DNA of 64,000 nucleotides from Sphingomonas sp. (GTDB lineage Bacteria; Pseudomonadota; Alphaproteobacteria; Sphingomonadales; Sphingomonadaceae): NCBI GenBank assembly GCA_031369985.1, contig JANMPU010000034.1, positions 12,857 to 76,856 of the forward strand, read 5' to 3'. Shown piece by piece: positions 57,790 to 64,000 of this stretch (position 1 is its first letter; each line of letters starts with the position of its first letter). The notes under the pieces were generated by a model. It saw only the letters and a program-made list of their open reading frames with translations, ran no database searches and was not told where the DNA came from. The position numbers and the translations under genes were made by a program.

Positions 57790-58301
57790 GGGTGCTTGGT
57801 GCCGTACTCGCCGGTGGGCAGTCTTCGCGGTTCGGGAGCGACAAGGCACTGGCACTGCTGGGGGCGGTGACGTTGCTGGAACGGGCCGTCGCGGCGTTGG
57901 CGGGGCAGTGTGACGCCGTGATCGTGGCTGGTGCACCGCATGGGATAACCGATTGGCCCGCAGCAGGGCTTGGGCCGCTGGGCGGTGTGGCGGCAGCATT
58001 GCGGGGAGCGAAGGGTTATGATGCTGTGCTGACGTGCGGCGTTGATACGTTGGGGTTGCCCGATGATTTGCTCGGTCGGCTTTCGCCCACGCCTGCCTAT
58101 TTGGAGGCGCAGCCTATTGTTGGGCTGTGGCCTGTCGCGGCGCTATCGACGCTTGAGGCGATGATGTCCGAGGGCAGCAATCTTGCCGTTCGCGCCTTTG
58201 CCGAACGGATCGGCGCGCGGGCGGTGAAGTTGGATGCCATACCTGCTAATGTGAATTCGCGTGAGGACCTGGAAGCGATGGAACGCCAGCATGAGCTTTG
58301 A
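57786..58301 (+). CDS. mobA: Molybdenum cofactor guanylyltransferase
   Basis: Start refined to GTG 57786 (GTGA overlap with fdsB). Motif GAVLAGGQSSRFGSDKAL. Confidence 0.8.
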   Translation: MRVLGAVLAGGQSSRFGSDKALALLGAVTLLERAVAALAGQCDAVIVAGAPHGITDWPAAGLGPLGGVAAALRGAKGYDAVLTCGVDTLGLPDDLLGRLSPTPAYLEAQPIVGLWPVAALSTLEAMMSEGSNLAVRAFAERIGARAVKLDAIPANVNSREDLEAMERQHEL

Positions 58302-61131
58302 ACGCCAAGCCGATTTCGGGACACCTGCGAGCCGCCGGACCGAGACAGTGCGCTGCACCATCGACGGGCGCGCCGTCACCGTGCCTGCGGGAACCAGCAT
58401 CATGCGCGCTGCCGCCGAAATCGGCACGTCGATCCCCAAGCTCTGCGCAACCGATAACCTGAAGAGCTTTGGTTCCTGCCGCTTATGTCTTGTCGAAATC
58501 GACGGCCGCAAGGGGACGCCCGCAAGCTGCACAACGCCGGTCGAAGCCAATATGGTGGTGCATACGCAAACGCCGCGGCTCGCCAAGCTGCGTAAGGGCG
58601 TGATGGAACTGTACATCTCCGATCATCCGCTCGATTGCCTGACCTGCGCCGCCAATGGCGATTGCGAGTTGCAGGATCAGGCGGGAGCGGTCGGTTTGCG
58701 CGATGTGCGCTATCCGGTGATCGAGACGCATCTGGGGCAGGCGAAAGACCATTCGAACCCCTATTTCGATTTCGATCCGTCAAAATGCATAGCGTGTTCG
58801 CGCTGCGTGCGGGCATGCGACGAGGTTCAGGGGACTCTGGCGCTGACAGTACAGGGGCGCGGGTGGGATTCGAAGATCAGCGCGGGGATGGCGTCGGATG
58901 ATTTTCTAGGGTCCGAATGCGTGTCGTGCGGGGCGTGTGTTCAGGCGTGTCCGACGGCGACGTTGATCGAAAAGAAAGTCGTCGAGATAGGCACGCCCGA
59001 ACGCTCGACGGTGACCACCTGCGCTTATTGCGGCGTTGGTTGCACATTCCGCGCCGAGACACGCGGCGAGCAAATTGTGCGGATGGTGCCCGAAAAGAAC
59101 GGCAAGGCCAATCGCGGGCATAGTTGTGTCAAGGGGCGGTTTGCTTGGGGCTATGCGCAGCATCAGGACCGCATCCTGAAGCCAATGATCCGTGCGTCGA
59201 TTGATGATCCGTGGCGCGAAGTCGAGTGGGCGGAGGCATTTGCCTATACGGCCGCCGAGTTGAAGCGGATAAGCGCCAAATATGGGCGGCATGCGCTCGG
59301 CGGGATCACGTCGTCGCGGTGCACCAATGAAGAGACATTTCTGGTTCAGAAGCTGGTTCGCGCGGGCTTCGGCAACAATAATGTCGATACCTGCGCACGG
59401 GTGTGTCATTCGCCGACGGGATATGGGTTGAAGACGACGTTCGGAACAAGTGCCGGGACCCAGGATTTCGATAGTGTCGAGGACTGCGACGTGATGCTGG
59501 TCATCGGCGCGAATACGACCGACGCGCATCCGGTGTTTGCGAGCCGCATGAAGAAGCGGTTGAGGGCGGGCGCGAAGCTGATTGTCGTTGATCCGCGGCG
59601 GATTGATCTGGTGCGGATGCCGCATATCGAGGCCGCGCATCATTTGCCGCTGCGTCCCGGCACCAATGTCGCGGTTCTGACTGCGCTGGCACATGTTGTC
59701 GTGACTGAGGGGTTGGTAGACGACGCGTTTATTCGCGAACGGTGCAACAGGGATGAGTATCAGCATTGGGCCGCGTTTGTGGCGCTGGAACGAAACTCAC
59801 CCGAGTTTCTGGCGGCGGTCACCGGCGTGTCGGCGGAAACGGTGCGCGGGGCTGCGCGGCTCTATGCCGGTGGCGGCAACAGTGCGATTTACTATGGGCT
59901 TGGTGTCACCGAGCATTCGCAGGGGTCATCAACCGTCATGGCGATTGCCAATCTCGCGATGGCGTGCGGGATGATCGGGCGGCGTGGGGTGGGGGTGAAC
60001 CCGCTGCGGGGCCAGAATAATGTGCAGGGTGCGTGCGACATGGGGAGCTTTCCGCACGAGCTGTCGGGCTATCGCCATATTTCGGATGGTGAAACGAGGG
60101 CGTTGTTTGAGGGCGAATGGGGTGTTTCGCTTGATCCCGAACCAGGCTTGCGCATTCCCAACATGCTTGATGCGGCGACTGATGGGGTGTTCAAGGCGCT
60201 TTACGTGCAAGGTGAGGATATCCTGCAGTCCGATCCCAACACGGCGCATGTCGCGGCGGGACTGATGGCCATGGAATGCGTGATTATCCACGACCTGTTT
60301 TTGAACGAAACCGCCAATTACGCGCACATCTTCCTGCCCGGTTCGACGTTTCTTGAAAAGAACGGGACGTTCACCAATGCTGAGCGGCGGATACAACCGG
60401 TGCGGCGGGTGATGACGCCGCTGAATGGCCTTGAGGATTGGGAAGTGACTCAGGGGTTGGCGCGGGCGATGGGGCTCGATTGGGATTATACGCACCCAAG
60501 CGAGATTATGGATGAGATTGCGCGTCTGACACCCACATTTGCGGGTGTGTCGTTTGCGCGACTTGACGAACAAGGCTCACTGCAATGGCCGGTCAATGAT
60601 TCTGCGCCCGAGGGATCGCCGATCATGCATGTCGATGGGTTCGTGCGGGGGAAGGGCAAGTTCGTTGTCACCGATTATGTCCCGACCGACGAGAAAACGG
60701 GGCCACGTTTTCCGTTGTTGCTGACGACGGGTCGCATCCTCAGCCATTATAATGTCGGGGCACAAACGCGGCGGACCGACAATGTTGTTTGGCATGAGGA
60801 GGATTTGCTCGAAATCCATCCGGTCGATGCCGAGGATCGTGGGCTGAAGTCGGGCGATTGGGTGAAGCTCGCGAGCCGGTCGGGCGAAACGAGTTTGCGT
60901 GCGACCGTGACGGACCGGGTTGCGCCAGGGGTCGTTTACACGACCTTTCATCATGCAACGACGCAGGCCAATGTGGTGACGACTGACTATTCGGATTGGG
61001 CGACGAACTGCCCCGAATATAAAGTGACTGCGGTGCAGATTTCGCCCTCGAACGGTCCGACCAACTGGCAGGAGGATTATGAAGCGCAGGCGGTAAGGTC
61101 GCGGCGAATCGACCGCGTGCCAGCGGAATGA
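58291..61131 (+). CDS. fdsA: NAD-dependent formate dehydrogenase alpha subunit (Mo-bisPGD)
   Basis: Start refined to ATG 58291. Has an N-terminal 2Fe-2S/4Fe-4S Cys cluster series (CRLCLVE, CIACSRCVRAC, CVSCGACVQACP, TTCAYCGVGC) and molybdopterin oxidoreductase domains. Confidence 0.9.
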   Translation: MSFERQADFGTPASRRTETVRCTIDGRAVTVPAGTSIMRAAAEIGTSIPKLCATDNLKSFGSCRLCLVEIDGRKGTPASCTTPVEANMVVHTQTPRLAKLRKGVMELYISDHPLDCLTCAANGDCELQDQAGAVGLRDVRYPVIETHLGQAKDHSNPYFDFDPSKCIACSRCVRACDEVQGTLALTVQGRGWDSKISAGMASDDFLGSECVSCGACVQACPTATLIEKKVVEIGTPERSTVTTCAYCGVGCTFRAETRGEQIVRMVPEKNGKANRGHSCVKGRFAWGYAQHQDRILKPMIRASIDDPWREVEWAEAFAYTAAELKRISAKYGRHALGGITSSRCTNEETFLVQKLVRAGFGNNNVDTCARVCHSPTGYGLKTTFGTSAGTQDFDSVEDCDVMLVIGANTTDAHPVFASRMKKRLRAGAKLIVVDPRRIDLVRMPHIEAAHHLPLRPGTNVAVLTALAHVVVTEGLVDDAFIRERCNRDEYQHWAAFVALERNSPEFLAAVTGVSAETVRGAARLYAGGGNSAIYYGLGVTEHSQGSSTVMAIANLAMACGMIGRRGVGVNPLRGQNNVQGACDMGSFPHELSGYRHISDGETRALFEGEWGVSLDPEPGLRIPNMLDAATDGVFKALYVQGEDILQSDPNTAHVAAGLMAMECVIIHDLFLNETANYAHIFLPGSTFLEKNGTFTNAERRIQPVRRVMTPLNGLEDWEVTQGLARAMGLDWDYTHPSEIMDEIARLTPTFAGVSFARLDEQGSLQWPVNDSAPEGSPIMHVDGFVRGKGKFVVTDYVPTDEKTGPRFPLLLTTGRILSHYNVGAQTRRTDNVVWHEEDLLEIHPVDAEDRGLKSGDWVKLASRSGETSLRATVTDRVAPGVVYTTFHHATTQANVVTTDYSDWATNCPEYKVTAVQISPSNGPTNWQEDYEAQAVRSRRIDRVPAE

Positions 61132-61319
61132 ATTCGGTTGAGCGATTGGTCCATATGGCCAACCAGATTGCCACCAATCTGGCGACCGATGATGATCCCG
61201 TTGCGGCGACGGCGGATCATATCGCGAAATATTGGGACCCGCGGATGAAGGCGATGATCCTTGCCAATCGCGAAGGCTTGTCTGAGGTTGCGGCTGCGGC
61301 AGTCGCGCGGATTTGTTGA
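61128..61319 (+). CDS. fdsD: Formate dehydrogenase delta subunit
   Basis: 63 aa. LVHMANQIATNL...IAKYWDPRM is typical of FdsD. Confidence 0.75.
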   Translation: MNSVERLVHMANQIATNLATDDDPVAATADHIAKYWDPRMKAMILANREGLSEVAAAAVARIC

Positions 61320-62092
61320 TGGAGGCGCTGACGGTCTCCGTGATGCGGATCGCGCGGGACGGACGGTCGGTGGCAACGCGGACAGTGCCGGTCGAAGCGC
61401 CAATTGCGGTGTCGTTCAATGGCATTGGCTATGCGGTGATGATGGCGACCCCGATTGATCTCGTGGATTTTGCGACGGGTTTTGCCTTGTCCGAAAGGAT
61501 CGTCGGGGCGGCGGGCGAAATTGAGGGTATTGAAGCGTCCGAAACGCCCGACGGGTGGTTGCTCGATGTTCGAATTTCGGTGGCACAGGTTGCGCCGATG
61601 ATCGAGCGGGTGCGGCGGCGGGTATCGGAAAGCAGTTGCGGGCTTTGCGGGCTTGAAAATCTGGAACAGGTCAACAGGCCTTTGCCCCTTATCTCTGCGA
61701 CGCTTGATGTTTCTGACCAGGCGATTTTTGCCGCGCTGGCGGATTTGTCGAAGCATCAGCCGCTGAACGCCAATACCGGCGGGGTGCATGCCGCCGCCTT
61801 TTGTGCGCCCGATGGGAGCATCATTGCCGTTCGCGAGGATGTCGGGCGGCATACCGCGTTTGATAAGTGCATCGGGGCGTTGGCGCGCGAGGGGCGGGCG
61901 GTGGCATCGGGGTTCTTCCTGCTCAGCTCGCGCTGTTCGTACGAACTGGTTGAAAAAGCGGTGATTGCAGGGGCACCGTTGTTGGTCACGGTGTCGACTG
62001 CGACCAGCTTAGCGACCGCGCGGGCGCAAACCGCAGGGCTGAGGCTGGTGATGCTGGCGCGGAGCGATGCCATGTTGGAGGCGGGCGGATGA
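61313..62092 (+). CDS. fdhD: Formate dehydrogenase accessory sulfurtransferase FdhD
   Basis: 259 aa. Motifs SSCGLCG and GGVHAAA. Confidence 0.85.
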   Translation: MLMEALTVSVMRIARDGRSVATRTVPVEAPIAVSFNGIGYAVMMATPIDLVDFATGFALSERIVGAAGEIEGIEASETPDGWLLDVRISVAQVAPMIERVRRRVSESSCGLCGLENLEQVNRPLPLISATLDVSDQAIFAALADLSKHQPLNANTGGVHAAAFCAPDGSIIAVREDVGRHTAFDKCIGALAREGRAVASGFFLLSSRCSYELVEKAVIAGAPLLVTVSTATSLATARAQTAGLRLVMLARSDAMLEAGG

Positions 62093-62877
62093 TTGCCGAC
62101 ATTGCCTATTCGGGGCGGGGGGTGGCGCGACCGCGTTATCATGCGAATGACACGTCGCTTGATGTGATCGACATTGCGCCGCAGTCCATGCCGTTGATCG
62201 ACGGGCGCAGCGTTTCCCCGTTGCTTGACGTAGAGGGGTTTGCTTTGGTCGAGCACCAAAGTGCGCTGTCCGATTTCACGGATCGTGACGCCGTATGGAC
62301 AATCCATCGTGATGAAATTGCTGCACTCATTGCTGCACAAACCGGCGCGAACTTTGTTGCGGTAAACGCGCCGGGCATTCTCCGTTTCAGCGAACGGTCG
62401 GGGCGTGCGGCGAGCCTCAACAATTCACGCCCTGCGCGCTTTGCCCATGTGGATTCGAGCAATGCAACTGCGGCGAATTTCGCACAGCAGTCGTGCCCCG
62501 AAGGCAGGACAATGCGCCGTTTTGCCCATTACAACATCTGGCGCGTCATCACGCCGCCGCCGCAGGATGTGCCGCTTGCGGTTTGCGATGCGCGCAGTGT
62601 TGCCGCTGCTGATTTGATCCCCGCTGATGCAATTTTCGACGAGCCCGACAAGCCGCATTGGTCGTTTGAAGGGATTGTTGTTGCGCATAACCCTGCGCAT
62701 CGCTGGCACTGGTTTCCCGACATGAACGCGGGCGAGGCGTTGATTTTCAAGACGAATGACAGCTGGAGAGGGGTCGCGCATTGCGTGCCCCACGTGGCTT
62801 TCGACAATCCCGATAGCCCCGCCAATGCGCCCGCGCGCGCCAGCATCGAAATGCGCGCCATCGCCTATTGGTTCTAA
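62089..62877 (+). CDS. CmcJ/NvfI-like oxidoreductase-family protein (tentative)
   Basis: 262 aa. The patterns RPARFAHVDSS and HRWHWFPDMNAGEALIFKTND recall the CmcJ-like family. No search was run. Confidence 0.35.
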   Translation: MIADIAYSGRGVARPRYHANDTSLDVIDIAPQSMPLIDGRSVSPLLDVEGFALVEHQSALSDFTDRDAVWTIHRDEIAALIAAQTGANFVAVNAPGILRFSERSGRAASLNNSRPARFAHVDSSNATAANFAQQSCPEGRTMRRFAHYNIWRVITPPPQDVPLAVCDARSVAAADLIPADAIFDEPDKPHWSFEGIVVAHNPAHRWHWFPDMNAGEALIFKTNDSWRGVAHCVPHVAFDNPDSPANAPARASIEMRAIAYWF

Positions 62878-62937
62878 GGCTTGCAATCCCATCAACTGTT
62901 CGCAACAAGACGCTAACAAATGGTAGGATCGTTGATA

Positions 62938-64000
62938 ATGAGTGGCTTTCCCCAAACGGCAGATTTCCTGAACCTGAACCTGCCAGTGGGCGCAGAATAT
63001 TCGCTGACCGCTTTGGCTGTCGAGGGAACTATCCCCGCCGAGGTCGAAGGTGCGTTTTTCCGCGCCACGCCCGACCCCGCGTTTGCGCCGATGTTCGATG
63101 ATGACACACTACTGTCGGGCGATGGCATGATCTCCGCGCTGCGCATTTCGGGCGGTAAGGCCAGTTTCGACATGCGCTTTGTCCAGACCGTGCGGCACAA
63201 GGCCGAGGTCGCGGCGGGCAAAGCCTTGTTCGGGCGGTACCGCAATCCCTTTACTGATGACCCCTGCGTCGAAGGGATTGACCGCGCGGTCGCGAACACC
63301 ACGCCCGTCTGGCACGCGGGCAAGCTGCTGATGACCAAGGAGGATGGTCGCGCTTATCGCATCGATCCGCATACGCTTGATACGATTGGCAGTTATGATT
63401 TCGACGGGGCGCTCAAATCCGAAACGATGACCGCGCATGTCCGCATCGATCCGGTGACGGGTGAGATGTTTTTCTTCGGCTATGAATGCGACGGGCTCGC
63501 TTCGACGAAAGTTGCTTTCTGCATGGCGGACAAGACTGGCAAACTGTCGCGCGAACAATGGTTCGACGTGCCCTACCCTGCGATGATGCACGATTTCGTG
63601 ATCACCGAAAATTACTCGCTGTTCCCCGTTTACCCGACCACTGCCGACCTCGAACGGTTGAAAGCGGGGGGCGATCATTGGGCGCACCATCTTGATCTCG
63701 ACAGCTGGGTCGGTGTGATGCCGCGCTATGGCGACGTGTCCGAAATGCGCTGGTTCAAGGGGCCAAAGGGCGTGTTCTGCTATCACATGATGAACGCGCA
63801 TGAGGACGCGGGCGGGCGCATCCAGTTCGACCAGTGCTTGTCGTCGGTGAACAGTTTCCCCTTCATCCAGCGCGTGACGGGCCTCAACATTCCGCCGTGG
63901 GAGGCGAAGAGCGGCCTCACGCGCTGGACCATAGACTACGCCGCGAACGATGGCGGCGTGGTCGAAAGTGTCATCGGCCCGCCGGGCGATTTTCCCGTGA
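62938..64000 (+). CDS. Second carotenoid-cleavage-oxygenase/lignostilbene-dioxygenase-like gene (3' end outside the window)
   Basis: Absent from the ORF track because there is no stop in the window. My translation from ATG 62938 reads MSGFPQTADFLNLNLPVGAEYSLTALAVEGTIPAEVEGAFFRATPDP...TAHVRIDPVTGEMFFFGY...MMHDFVITENY...CYHMMNAHED. Paralogue of 50161-51618. Confidence 0.8.
   Translation, partial: MSGFPQTADFLNLNLPVGAEYSLTALAVEGTIPAEVEGAFFRATPDPAFAPMFDDDTLLSGDGMISALRISGGKASFDMRFVQTVRHKAEVAAGKALFGRYRNPFTDDPCVEGIDRAVANTTPVWHAGKLLMTKEDGRAYRIDPHTLDTIGSYDFDGALKSETMTAHVRIDPVTGEMFFFGYECDGLASTKVAFCMADKTGKLSREQWFDVPYPAMMHDFVITENYSLFPVYPTTADLERLKAGGDHWAHHLDLDSWVGVMPRYGDVSEMRWFKGPKGVFCYHMMNAHEDAGGRIQFDQCLSSVNSFPFIQRVTGLNIPPWEAKSGLTRWTIDYAANDGGVVESVIGPPGDFPV

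Noticed and set aside
63109-63801. 230-aa minus-strand ORF near the right edge.
   Set aside because: It is antisense to the partial but clearly LSD-like plus-strand gene starting at 62938.

Overview
This is a high-GC alphaproteobacterial chromosome segment; the housekeeping and lignin-catabolic genes look sphingomonad-like (inference). It has three parts.

(1) 1-19.2 kb: a compact injectisome-type type III secretion (T3SS) locus. It consists of two divergent, tightly coupled operons around a 0.5-kb AT-rich control region.
- Minus operon: lytic transglycosylase-sctV-C-D-F-I-J-K-L-N-O.
- Plus operon: sctU, a FliO-like gene, sctQ-R-S-T, and a LuxR-type regulator.
- These are followed by two head-to-head cassettes. 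Each cassette encodes an N-terminally extended needle (SctF)-like protein and a signal-peptide/C-terminal-anchor protein.
- The locus ends 8 nt from tRNA-Arg(CCG).

(2) 19.3-30.4 kb: housekeeping genes (nth, dapB, cobB, era-rnc-lepB, pgi, gor). A low-GC islet here carries an HEPN-like gene broken by one in-frame stop.

(3) 30.4-64 kb: catabolism of lignin-derived aromatics.
- LigE/F-like GSTs and LigD-like SDRs.
- LigM-MetF-PurU, LigW, and two lignostilbene-type dioxygenases.
- Fcs/Ech, a PQQ alcohol dehydrogenase, aldehyde dehydrogenases, and MFS transporters.
- An fdsG-fdsB-mobA-fdsA-fdsD-fdhD formate dehydrogenase cluster.

The most interesting signals are the T3SS in this genomic context, its FliO homologue, the extended SctF paralogues with shared promoter/leader blocks, and a recurrent AT-rich operator in four catabolic promoters.

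All calls rest on by-eye motif recognition, synteny and the ORF track. No database search was run.
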